DNA from: a virus
Length of the DNA stretch: 41,487 bases
Virus record (IMG/VR): IMGVR_UViG_3300022746_000007
Strand: one strand, 5' to 3'
The first letter of the stretch is position 1. Each line of letters opens with the position of its first letter. A model generated the notes under the pieces. It searched no databases. It was given only the letters and a program-made list of their open reading frames with translations, and had not been told where the DNA came from. This document shows, in pieces, positions 17,295 to 25,536 of the stretch. A program made the position numbers and the translations under genes.

Positions 17295-18634
17295 GATGTT
17301 TTGCCTTGTGTATCAGTTGATTGGGCTGGATTAGTTGGCTCTCCATCTTGACCTTTTACTGGAGCTTTACCACTAATAAGTTCTTTGCCTTTACCATCTG
17401 GAAGTGGAGCATAATTCATGTGCGCCCTAACTTCGTCAATAGTAAATGCACCTGTATTCGATAATAATTGGATAAAGTTAGCTTGAGATAACAAGTCACC
17501 CTTAAGGTAAGCTTCATCATCAAACTTTACTTTCAATACATCACGCTTATCTGCTGGGATAAGGATGTCTGTCAATGTAGCTTCGATGTTAGAAACGATA
17601 GGGTTCAGAGTATCTCTGTACCATCCAGCATTATTAGCAACTACATTGTTAAAACGAGCATTAGCTTCTGAGCCAACTTTAGATGGTGGAACACCAAATG
17701 AAGCTGCAATCTCAGTAATTAATTGTTTGCGGAAAGCCAACAAATCAGCAGTCTGAGGATTAGAAAGCATCTCAGTCATGATGATGTCAGCATCTTTATC
17801 ACCAGTTACGAAAATACCACCAGCTTGAGTGTTGGTGTTATTAGGGTCTAGAGTAAAGTTTCTCTTCAAATCTGCTAAGAAATTATCTTTTTCTTTAGCA
17901 TCTGTGAAGGCATTAAGCATTGGTGACTTATAAACACCAGAAATCCTTGCACCATTAGCAAATGTTCTAAGGGCAAAATTGTCTGCCTGAATTAATAAGC
18001 GAATTTTGTCAGCATTGCGTAAGATTAGAGATTCACCAGTTAAACCATCAATCTCAACATCACGAACTTGGAACATTTCGCTTGGAGCAAATGCGTTATA
18101 TCCACTCTCACCGATAAAGTCATAACGAACTAACCGAGTACGACCATCCATCGTTTCGGTAATCGGTCTCATACGATATGGATTCAACAATGTCATTCTT
18201 GGTACTAAACCATCACGATTCGGTGCGCCAATAAATGCGTTACCCCATGCTCTAAGCACGAATACCATATTATAGATGAATGTATATGTATTCTGACGCT
18301 CATTCGGATTCTTCAATCGTTCCAATGCGATATTCGCAATGTTCTTATTGATAGTACCTTGAGGTCTGATGAATTTCTCTTCTGCTTCATCCCATTGATA
18401 AATGGAAATAGGTAATTGAGCAATCGCTTTAGATGTCGCATCTAAGCAAGCAAAGACTGTACCGTTGTTAAGTGCATCCCAAACGATGTCAATTTGCGCT
18501 CCATTAGGAGTTGTAGTGCTAGTTGGAACATATCCATACCAGTTAAAGCCATTTGGTGCGTAGTCCGCAAAAAAGCGACCACTACCAGACATCAAATTCT
18601 TAACTCGGTCAATAATCTTCAAGCTATCCCCCAA
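17291..18634 (-). CDS. Portal protein (447 aa)
   Basis: Size and position immediately after the large terminase; overlapping stop/start with the protease gene. Confidence 0.75.
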   Translation of the reverse strand: MGDSLKIIDRVKNLMSGSGRFFADYAPNGFNWYGYVPTSTTTPNGAQIDIVWDALNNGTVFACLDATSKAIAQLPISIYQWDEAEEKFIRPQGTINKNIANIALERLKNPNERQNTYTFIYNMVFVLRAWGNAFIGAPNRDGLVPRMTLLNPYRMRPITETMDGRTRLVRYDFIGESGYNAFAPSEMFQVRDVEIDGLTGESLILRNADKIRLLIQADNFALRTFANGARISGVYKSPMLNAFTDAKEKDNFLADLKRNFTLDPNNTNTQAGGIFVTGDKDADIIMTEMLSNPQTADLLAFRKQLITEIAASFGVPPSKVGSEANARFNNVVANNAGWYRDTLNPIVSNIEATLTDILIPADKRDVLKVKFDDEAYLKGDLLSQANFIQLLSNTGAFTIDEVRAHMNYAPLPDGKGKELISGKAPVKGQDGEPTNPAQSTDTQGKTS

Positions 18635-20310
18635 TACATTTGTCGTTGTTGCGGATTCTCAATATCTAGCGAACACGCCATTACCATTGTCATTACCGCA
18701 TCTATTTTATTTGGAGAAGAAGGACTCTCCTTTTGTGGATATAAATTTCCTTTATTATCAGGTCTAATGTGAGCATTTGCAACCTGCCATGACATAAAAG
18801 ATGACTTATTATGTATTATTTTACCCTCATTTAGCAATCTTTCAAAGTCCATTGCTGCTGGATTGATTACCATACCATTTTGATTGATAGGCTCAAGGGT
18901 CATTGTTAAGTCTTGTGCTAGTTTAGCTGTAAGCATTGTAGCAGACCATCTATCGAATCCAATAACCTTTGGTCTATATTGAGCGTTCCACTCTTTAATC
19001 TTGTCTTCAATAATATAAGGGTCTACGATTTCCCCTTCGACTAAAGTCAATACACCTTCTTCGATACCACGACCATACTTTACCTTATAGACAGTAGGTA
19101 AGGCATCAAATGTAGCCCTTGGTATATAGCATTGATGTATAACTGAGCGACTTCCATCAGGATGCCTAAACCACATCGCTAGAGCAGTTAAGTCTTGAGA
19201 GCGAGATAAGTCAAATGTCATGAAGCAGTCTTCTGAAATAGGAACATTATCTACAGCACTAGCATCCCATTTCGTCACATCAAGCCAGCTTTCAGCAGAA
19301 CCTAAGTATACATTCAGGTTTTTAACCATAAATGAGTTCTTCTTGATAGTAGATTTCCTTGCTTCTAGGCAAGTCTCCATCATTTTGTCTTCTCGGACAG
19401 TAATCCCCAAATTGGGATTAGCCTTAATCCATAGCTTAGGGTCATCCCAGTTCTTATAGTCTTCAGGGTCTAGTGTATAAATCAGACCAAATGTTCTATC
19501 CGAGCCACTATTACGCAAGTCATTAATATATGGCTCTTCAAACATTTCAAAGAATGGATTAACAGTATCTTGTGCGGTAGTCAAAAGAATGTTTAGTACA
19601 TTCGATGATGCAAGCTGTCCAGATGTCAATACGCTGAATACATTTGGGTCTTTAATAGCAGCAGCTTCGTCAAAAGCTACCACATCGGGCTTGAATCCGT
19701 CTTGTGTATTTGAATCTTTACCCAATGGCTTAAATGTTTTCCAGTCATCGACAATTTCGATAGAACGATTCTTTAACTTAAACATCTTACGCAGTTCTCT
19801 ATCAGACTGCATAATCATACGCTTACAGAACTGGTGAAGAATATTAGCTTGGTCTTCTTTGGTAGCAGCACAAAACGCCTGAAGACCTTTATCTCCTAGG
19901 ATGTATGCCAATAAAACCATTCCAGCCACAAGGTTAGTCTTGCCATTCTTACGACCCACTTTAAGCAAAGCATTATTGTATCTACGCTCTTTCTTATTCT
20001 CTCTACTTACCCAGCCAAAGATGGCAGCTACAAAGAACTGTTGCCAAGGAGTTAGATAGAATGGTTCACCAGCCCATTTATCCTCAGTTAGTCTTAAGCA
20101 TCTGCTAAAAAACTGAATAGCTCGGTCTGCCCTTTTTCTGCAAAAGAACCATCTATATGTATCATCGCTATCTGCCTTCTCTAATTCCTTAACAAAGGCT
20201 TCGCATTGAAGTCGGACATATTCATTGGATAATATCTTCCCCGATACAATATCTTCGCAATACTGTATAGCGGTGATATACGATTGTTTGGAGTGTTCAG
20301 TCTTCGTCAT
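18619..20310 (-). CDS. terL: Terminase large subunit (Terminase_1-type)
   Basis: 563 aa; Walker A-like VGRKNGKTNLVAG; VVAFDEAA Walker B-like; follows the small terminase gene. Confidence 0.85.
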   Translation of the reverse strand: MTKTEHSKQSYITAIQYCEDIVSGKILSNEYVRLQCEAFVKELEKADSDDTYRWFFCRKRADRAIQFFSRCLRLTEDKWAGEPFYLTPWQQFFVAAIFGWVSRENKKERRYNNALLKVGRKNGKTNLVAGMVLLAYILGDKGLQAFCAATKEDQANILHQFCKRMIMQSDRELRKMFKLKNRSIEIVDDWKTFKPLGKDSNTQDGFKPDVVAFDEAAAIKDPNVFSVLTSGQLASSNVLNILLTTAQDTVNPFFEMFEEPYINDLRNSGSDRTFGLIYTLDPEDYKNWDDPKLWIKANPNLGITVREDKMMETCLEARKSTIKKNSFMVKNLNVYLGSAESWLDVTKWDASAVDNVPISEDCFMTFDLSRSQDLTALAMWFRHPDGSRSVIHQCYIPRATFDALPTVYKVKYGRGIEEGVLTLVEGEIVDPYIIEDKIKEWNAQYRPKVIGFDRWSATMLTAKLAQDLTMTLEPINQNGMVINPAAMDFERLLNEGKIIHNKSSFMSWQVANAHIRPDNKGNLYPQKESPSSPNKIDAVMTMVMACSLDIENPQQRQMYWGIA

Positions 20311-20872
20311 CTAGAGAATCTAACCAGCTATTACCACGCTTTTTATCTGTAGGTACATCTTTGAGTTCATCTTCACTAAATGCAAAGCTAGGAGATAAAC
20401 CAAATCTAGCAAAGAATTGAATGATGGATTTCTCGGCAGCAGACATAGACCTAATGGCAGGATTGGCATAGATAATCTGTTCTATGTCATCACCTACCTT
20501 AACGCTCTTGGTTAAATTCACGCCATGAGTATCTACCTCTCGCTTGCAAGAAAGCCATAGCTCAATAGCATTTTTCAGCATTGCTAAGTCTAGGGAATAT
20601 ACCCTGTCTGCAATACCATATCTATCTCTCAAATGAGTAGAGATAGTTTCCGTCATACGCAAAGCCTGACGATGTTGCTCAGACTTACGCTTACTGACTT
20701 TCATTGACCATAATGGAAGAGGGACTACATTGGTCTTAACAAACCCCTCATCGCCCTCTTCTTCATCTAGGTCACTATCTGGAATCGGCAACTCTGTTAT
20801 ATTTTGTTTTATCTTGTTGGCAGTACCTTTAGTAGTTTTACCTACTCGTCTGCCTTTTCTTAAATCTGTCAT
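20297..20872 (-). CDS. terS: Terminase small subunit (P27-family-like)
   Basis: 191 aa upstream of terL. ANPAIRSMSAAEKSIIQFFARFGLSPS resembles the P27-family C-terminal motif. An HNH gene nearby is the usual partner. Confidence 0.55.
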   Translation of the reverse strand: MTDLRKGRRVGKTTKGTANKIKQNITELPIPDSDLDEEEGDEGFVKTNVVPLPLWSMKVSKRKSEQHRQALRMTETISTHLRDRYGIADRVYSLDLAMLKNAIELWLSCKREVDTHGVNLTKSVKVGDDIEQIIYANPAIRSMSAAEKSIIQFFARFGLSPSFAFSEDELKDVPTDKKRGNSWLDSLDDED

Positions 20873-20989
20873 TGAATTGGATTTCCGTTATATCCGCAAT
20901 GTTGTCTATAGAGTTGATACTGTTCATCAGTAATCCTACCCATATCTAACCACTCTTGGAGAACCTTAAGTGGTGGACAAACGAACTGA

Positions 20990-21205
20990 TTAAAGTTCGG
21001 ATTCAGTTGTGTTGGCATCTTCTTTCACCCTTTTTCTTCCAGCCTTTGAAATGACTGGCTTCTCATAAAGTTGAGCCTTGGCAATCTCTTCATTTCTCGC
21101 AGCTACTAACTTAACATAATGGTCATGACAAATTCTACCAGAGCCTACCTTTGATAATAACTCTTCATGGGTTAATTCGTCATTACCTACTTTGAACTTA
21201 ATCAT
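20990..21205 (-). CDS. Hypothetical basic protein (71 aa from the internal ATG)
   Basis: The ATG at 21205 overlaps the HNH stop (ATGATTAA). The longer listed ORF (to 21280) would overlap HNH by 83 nt. Confidence 0.45.
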   Translation of the reverse strand: MIKFKVGNDELTHEELLSKVGSGRICHDHYVKLVAARNEEIAKAQLYEKPVISKAGRKRVKEDANTTESEL

Positions 21206-21578
21206 AAAAACTCCTTGGGTCTTTTTTGGTTTTCCTACATATCGCTTCATATCCAGTTTTGACACTATGACATGAAGCACATAATGAAGCTAGATTAGTT
21301 ACATCAAGAAATAGACTAGTATCACCCCGATGTGGGGTCATGTGGTCTACCACCGTAGCTGGCGTAACTCTACCATCTTTTGCACATTTAACGCAAACAG
21401 GCTGCTTGCAGAGAACAGCATCTCGTAATGTTTTCCAGACACTTGTCGCATACATCGCATGATAATCTGGTCTAGATGTCTTTAGGTTTCGGATACGCTG
21501 ATGGTCTTCGCATCTGCCACTATTAACAGATTTGTTATGACATCCGAATTGAGAACAAGTGCTACGAACTTTTAGCAT
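21198..21578 (-). CDS. HNH endonuclease (terminase-associated type)
   Basis: CHNKSV..GRCEDHQ zinc-finger-like N-terminus; VVDHMTPHRGD...NLASLCASCHSVKTG is an HNH motif. Confidence 0.8.
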   Translation of the reverse strand: MLKVRSTCSQFGCHNKSVNSGRCEDHQRIRNLKTSRPDYHAMYATSVWKTLRDAVLCKQPVCVKCAKDGRVTPATVVDHMTPHRGDTSLFLDVTNLASLCASCHSVKTGYEAICRKTKKDPRSFYD

Positions 21579-22352
21579 CTTTTTACCATTTTTATATTAT
21601 ATTTTTTAATATATTGTAAGTTTTGTGAAAGTAATATTAACCGCTTTCCCTTTATTTTACAGGGAATTCCCCAAAAAAGGGTAGAAAAAACCGTTTCATG
21701 GGTAAACTATAACAGTATATTGTCAGAAAAGACCCCGTGCCTGCTTCCGAGACGGTTGCCAATACTTTTCATGAGAAGGCTTATTTTATATGGCTCTCAA
21801 GGCAGGAGATAGGCTACAGCCTTTTATTTATTGGTTTATCGGTTATCGATGTCATTATAGCCTTATATTATATACAGTCTAAGGCATTGGCTTATTGCTT
21901 ATAGTCTATCGCTATAGTCTAAGCCTATACAAATCAATGAGTTAGCTATATTTATCTCATTAACGCTATGGCTTCAATATGGATATATAGGGCATATTGA
22001 TTTAATAAGCGGTTTTCCTATGGCTATCTCTACCCATTGGCTAGGCTCTACCCTTTAGCCTTAGTTATCTATCCGCTTTCCTATGGTGTATTGCTTTATT
22101 GTTTTATCTAACTATTGGATAGTGATAAGTTAAGCCCTATAGATAGCCTTACATATATCTAATGTATATATGGCTATAGGTAGATAGTTGATAGGGGTCT
22201 AATGCTTACTTACTGTATGAATATGGATACATAGCCCATATTTCACATTATGAGAAAGTTAAAAATAATTAGACTTAGCCCTTGTTTTATTCATCGTTTT
22301 ACCTAAAATACATACATACGCAATCAAGCGGATATGTTGAAAGGGTTAAAAA
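21579..22352. other. 774-bp non-coding, repeat-dense divergent control region (left arm of the small-gene cassette)
   Basis: No ORF. Contains the palindrome gggaattccc (21662-21671), tatagtcta x2 (21900-21908, 21913-21921), tttcctatgg x2 (22014-22023, 22077-22086) and ctatggctatct (22018-22029), the last also found at 24876-24887. Many GGCTAT/ATAGCC words. Confidence 0.7.
22282..22309 (+). promoter_or_regulatory. Candidate sigma70-like promoter TTGTTT-16-TAAAAT for the small-gene cassette
   Basis: Hexamers read directly; about 44 nt upstream of the ATG at 22353. Confidence 0.25.
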
Positions 22353-22580
22353 ATGAAAAAATTAGACTTAAATAGAATCTTCTTTGTTTACCATGAGGCT
22401 TCTTTAGCGGTGTTTATTCTTTTCGGTTTTCTTTGTGAGTTATTAGCTGGCTTATGTCTTATCTATTCAGATAGCATTGTTCAGCCTGTGGGCTATTTTG
22501 CTTTAGCTTCATGCCCTGTATTTTTGCTTATTGCTTTATCTCTTATCTATTCAATTTATAAACAAGAAAAAAGGTTTTAA
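22353..22580 (+). CDS. Small membrane protein (75 aa, two hydrophobic helices)
   Basis: AAAGGGTTAAAAA ATG RBS context; hydrophobic segments LAVFILFGFLCELLAGLCLIY and FALASCPVFLLIALSLIYSIY. Confidence 0.55.
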   Translation: MKKLDLNRIFFVYHEASLAVFILFGFLCELLAGLCLIYSDSIVQPVGYFALASCPVFLLIALSLIYSIYKQEKRF

Positions 22581-22582
22581 TC

Positions 22583-22687
22583 ATGTTTAGAAAAATCTTA
22601 GACTATATTTTGGGCTTACTTGTTGCAACTGTTTTAATGGGCGGTTTAGGCTTTCTTATCGCTCTCTCTTTTATCTCTAACTCTTAA
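22583..22687 (+). CDS. 34-aa hydrophobic peptide (MFRKILDYILGLLVATVLMGGLGFLIALSFISNS)
   Basis: Below the ORF-track cutoff. ATG lies 2 nt after the previous stop, AAGG upstream, with a single TM-like segment. Confidence 0.4.
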   Translation: MFRKILDYILGLLVATVLMGGLGFLIALSFISNS

Positions 22688-22699
22688 AAGGTGCTATCA

Positions 22700-23044
22700 A
22701 TGAAAACTACTGTTTACCGCTCAGAATTCCACGATTATTTTACTAAGTCAGACACATATAAAAATCAGTTTTCGTATGAAGCTCGAGAAATCATTTTTGA
22801 CTATATAGAAGAATACGAAGAATCTACAGGTGTAGAAACTGAATTTGACCTAGTTTCGATTTGTTGCGACTTCTCAGAATCTACTATTTCAGAAATTGTT
22901 TTTGACTATGGATATCTTATGTCTTCATCTGATGGAGATAAACCAAAAGAATATATACAGGAATTTTTAGAAAGTAAAACCTCAGTCTGTGGCTCTTATA
23001 CAGACAATGAGGGAGAAACTGTTTTTGTATTTGGACAATTTTAA
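22700..23044 (+). CDS. Strongly acidic small protein (114 aa)
   Basis: ATG at 22700 preceded by AAAAGGTG. By my count about 25 Asp/Glu against 8 Lys/Arg. The FSYEAREIIFDYIEEYEE...EFDLVSICCDF pattern recurs in phage and plasmid small proteins. Confidence 0.6.
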   Translation: MKTTVYRSEFHDYFTKSDTYKNQFSYEAREIIFDYIEEYEESTGVETEFDLVSICCDFSESTISEIVFDYGYLMSSSDGDKPKEYIQEFLESKTSVCGSYTDNEGETVFVFGQF

Positions 23045-23057
23045 AAAGGGGTTAAAA

Positions 23058-23264
23058 ATGAGAAAAGCAAAAGTAAGATTATTTATTGACCAATATGGAT
23101 ATAAATATTACGCATCTACATTGAAAGAATTAAAAGAAAAACACTATCTAAAAGGCAAAATATCCAAAATGTATGTAGATAGAAAAGATAAGGTTTATCA
23201 CATTGGCTATGTAATTGGTCAAAATTGGCTTACTGAATTTTCACCAGTAGAAAAAGAGATTTAA
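23058..23264 (+). CDS. Hypothetical protein (68 aa)
   Basis: ATG at 23058 preceded by AAAAAGGGGTTAAAA. The longer listed ORF (from 22989) overlaps the previous gene. Confidence 0.55.
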   Translation: MRKAKVRLFIDQYGYKYYASTLKELKEKHYLKGKISKMYVDRKDKVYHIGYVIGQNWLTEFSPVEKEI

Positions 23265-23266
23265 TT

Positions 23267-23449
23267 ATGAAATTGATTTTTACTTATGATGAATTGGCTA
23301 CTATTAAAGAATCTATCAAAAACACACAAGATAGAATTGAAAACACTAGCGAAGAGCATATTTACGATAAAAGCGGAAAATTGATGGAATTAAAACTTAT
23401 TGATGCAAAAATTGTCTTATATCTTAACTATTTATCTAAAGGGGTTTAA
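23267..23449 (+). CDS. Hypothetical protein (60 aa)
   Basis: TAATTATG junction with the previous gene. Confidence 0.5.
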   Translation: MKLIFTYDELATIKESIKNTQDRIENTSEEHIYDKSGKLMELKLIDAKIVLYLNYLSKGV

Positions 23450-23451
23450 TT

Positions 23452-23625
23452 ATGGCTATTTATAGAATAGAAGCAAGCGAAACTGTCTACTATACAAAAA
23501 ATGTAGAAGCTGAAAGCGAAGAGCAAGCAAGGGAGCTAGTTTTTCAAGGTGAAATTGATTTTGACTATGGAGATATAAGAGATGCTCATGATTTCCAAAT
23601 AAATAACATTATAAAAGAGAGTTAA
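23452..23625 (+). CDS. Hypothetical protein (57 aa, MAIYRIEASETVYYTKNVEAESEEQARELV...)
   Basis: Below the ORF-track cutoff; AAAGGGG RBS and a TAATTATG junction. Confidence 0.5.
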   Translation: MAIYRIEASETVYYTKNVEAESEEQARELVFQGEIDFDYGDIRDAHDFQINNIIKES

Positions 23626-23627
23626 TT

Positions 23628-23864
23628 ATGAGTTATTTTTCAGATTTAGCCATTGAATATGAAGAAAAAGCAATTAAAACTGAGCTAATAAGAGATTATC
23701 AAATGATTGACTTAGCTTTAAAGTTAGCTATAAGAAATACAACAATTCTATATAAAAAAATAGAGCAATTTAGGGGATACAACTCAGACTGTAGTTTATT
23801 AGATGATTTAGAGCAAAAAATATTTGACATGATTGAAGATTTAGAAATAGGGCTAAAGCTATGA
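23628..23864 (+). CDS. Hypothetical protein (78 aa)
   Basis: TAATTATG junction with the previous gene. Confidence 0.5.
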   Translation: MSYFSDLAIEYEEKAIKTELIRDYQMIDLALKLAIRNTTILYKKIEQFRGYNSDCSLLDDLEQKIFDMIEDLEIGLKL

Positions 23865-24016
23865 AAAAACACATATTCACATTAAAACATGATAGCGGAA
23901 AGGTAAAAATTACCACATGGGGCTATAGCTCTATAGAATCCGCTACTAAATTCATTATGGAGCTAGAAAAATGCCCTAAAAGAGCAATTATTAAAGTTAT
24001 AGAAAAAACAATTTAA
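23861..24016 (+). CDS. Hypothetical protein (51 aa, MKKHIFTLKHDSGKVKITTWGYSSIESATKFIMELEKCPKRAI...)
   Basis: Below the cutoff; ATGA overlap with the previous gene; followed by a terminator hairpin. Confidence 0.5.
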   Translation: MKKHIFTLKHDSGKVKITTWGYSSIESATKFIMELEKCPKRAIIKVIEKTI

Positions 24017-24027
24017 CAATGCGACAT

Positions 24028-24060
24028 AAAAGCCCATTTTTATAAGTGGGCTTTTGTATT
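24028..24060 (+). terminator. Rho-independent terminator candidate
   Basis: aaagccca tttttataag tgggcttt followed by tgtatt. Confidence 0.55.
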
Positions 24061-24117
24061 GGCATTGGCTAATAGCTACGCCCTAGGCTTTAGGGCTTTA
24101 CTTATTAGGGGTTTTAC

Positions 24118-24276
24118 ATGAGAAAAATAGACATTTATTACAAGTGGAAAGGCGTATTTGTATATGCTTGCTCAACAAATAAGGCGGTAAGCTGTAAAGA
24201 AGCTAAAAACAATTTTTTAAAGGCTTACCCTAATTTTCCATCTAATCTAGTTAAAACTTGTTTTTCTAAGGCTTAA
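24118..24276 (+). CDS. Hypothetical protein (52 aa, MRKIDIYYKWKGVFVYACSTNKAVSCKEAKNNF...)
   Basis: Below the cutoff; TAGGGGTTTTAC ATG RBS context. Confidence 0.45.
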   Translation: MRKIDIYYKWKGVFVYACSTNKAVSCKEAKNNFLKAYPNFPSNLVKTCFSKA

Positions 24277-24279
24277 ACC

Positions 24280-24444
24280 ATGAACACTATCTTTTTGGCT
24301 GTACCTATTGGCTCATTATTTGAGTATGGCGGTACAGCATACATAAAACAATCTAATCGAACCGCCAAGCTATTAGAGAATCAATCTAAATGGTTTTATT
24401 TTAGCCCTAGGGATAGAGTACGCATCATGGGAAAGGCGGTTTAA
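24280..24444 (+). CDS. Hypothetical protein (54 aa, MNTIFLAVPIGSLFEYGGTAYIKQSNRTAKLL...)
   Basis: Below the cutoff; starts 3 nt after the previous stop. Confidence 0.45.
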   Translation: MNTIFLAVPIGSLFEYGGTAYIKQSNRTAKLLENQSKWFYFSPRDRVRIMGKAV

Positions 24445-24445
24445 T

Positions 24446-24637
24446 ATGTCTATAAGATTCTTAGAAAATGGCTTAATAGCCATCGAGTACCATAGAAAAC
24501 CAACAAAAGCAGAAATAAAAAGGGGTTATGGTTGCACCCATTACAGGGAATTTCTAGCTAATGAGTTTTTAAACAAGCAGGGAAAGCCTAAAAAATGGCT
24601 TGTCTGTTCTTCTGATGGTTTACGCTATTATCGATAA
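24446..24637 (+). CDS. Hypothetical protein (63 aa)
   Basis: AAAGGCGG RBS; starts 1 nt after the previous stop; followed by a terminator. Confidence 0.5.
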   Translation: MSIRFLENGLIAIEYHRKPTKAEIKRGYGCTHYREFLANEFLNKQGKPKKWLVCSSDGLRYYR

Positions 24638-24639
24638 TT

Positions 24640-24661
24640 AGCCCTTAATAGGGCTTTTTTC
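24640..24661 (+). terminator. Rho-independent terminator
   Basis: agccct taat agggct followed by tttttt. Confidence 0.65.
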
Positions 24662-25136
24662 ATTTTCGCTTAGTGCTTAACTAATAGGGCATTTTTTGCC
24701 TTATTGGGTAAGTATTGCCAAAAATTTAGCCTTTAGGCTAGGTGTAATATCGCTCTTTAAAAATTAGCTTATGGGCTATTTATGCCCTTATATTGAATTT
24801 ATAGCGGATAGGCTAGGTGTTTTATCGCCTGTAGATTTTAGGTAAAACGCTACCTATTTAATTATTGCCTTTAGGCTATGGCTATCTATACTTAAAAAAT
24901 GGCTTCAAGTAATTTATTAAATATACGCTCTAAACCATTGTTTTATATACGAAAAAAACACTTAGTAAAAATTATATAATATAAAAAAACAATATATAAA
25001 AAAATATTATATAAAATCACTAAGTATATGACTTTTGGGAAACACCCACTGCTCATTTTCAAAAAAAAAAATGAAGTCCTCTATTTCACCCTTAATTTCA
25101 CTTCTCAAATCTGCATGAAATATTAATAAAATATTT
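24662..25136. other. 475-bp non-coding right arm of the small-gene cassette, with repeats and an extreme AT tract
   Basis: taggctaggtgtNNtatcgc x2 (24734-24753, 24809-24828). ctatggctatct (24876-24887) is shared with 22018-22029. A 7-bp inverted repeat acttagt/actaagt (24960-24966, 25019-25025) brackets 52 bp that are almost pure A+T. A11 run at 25061-25071. Confidence 0.7.
25061..25104 (-). terminator. Weak terminator candidate for the rusA/dps-like operon
   Basis: Minus strand GAAGT (22-nt loop) ACTTC followed by A then T11; the stem is only 5 bp. Confidence 0.3.
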
Positions 25137-25514
25137 TTACTTCAATCTCTCTAATTTGTAGATTGTTCTAGTAATCAAAGCCATCATCTCATCGATAATG
25201 TTCTGCAAGTAAGAATCTTGTGGCAATTCTTTTCTAGTAGTCTCTACATATTTCTTCAATGTAATCATGTATTCCAATGGTGAGCCAGCAATGATGATTA
25301 CAGATGTAGGATATTCCTCAATGAACTCTAACCCACCAAAATAAGATTCAGCGTAGCTGTCTACAATATCACCGATTTCGCTATAGAACTCTTCTAGTGC
25401 TTTGTGCTGTGAGAATGAGCCAGTCTTTAGATGAGCAAGGTGAGCATTAGTCACGCTATGCAGCATTGTTACGATGAATTTACCAGCGAGGGGGTATGCC
25501 ATTATTTTCTCCAA
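25137..25514 (-). CDS. Dps/ferritin-like mini-protein (125 aa)
   Basis: AHLAHLKTGSFSQHKALEEFYSEIGDIVDSYAE reproduces the Dps ferroxidase ligand spacing H-x12-H-x14-D-x3-E (compare Listeria Dps H31/H43/D58/E62) and the LYSEFG..MDEVAE-like helix. Confidence 0.55.
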   Translation of the reverse strand: MEKIMAYPLAGKFIVTMLHSVTNAHLAHLKTGSFSQHKALEEFYSEIGDIVDSYAESYFGGLEFIEEYPTSVIIIAGSPLEYMITLKKYVETTRKELPQDSYLQNIIDEMMALITRTIYKLERLK

Positions 25515-25536
25515 AAACTGTACCAGAACTCAGCCA

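Noticed and set aside
20921-20975. CUGAUGA...GAAA on the minus strand as a hammerhead ribozyme core
   Set aside because: The sequences that would form stems II and III are not complementary.
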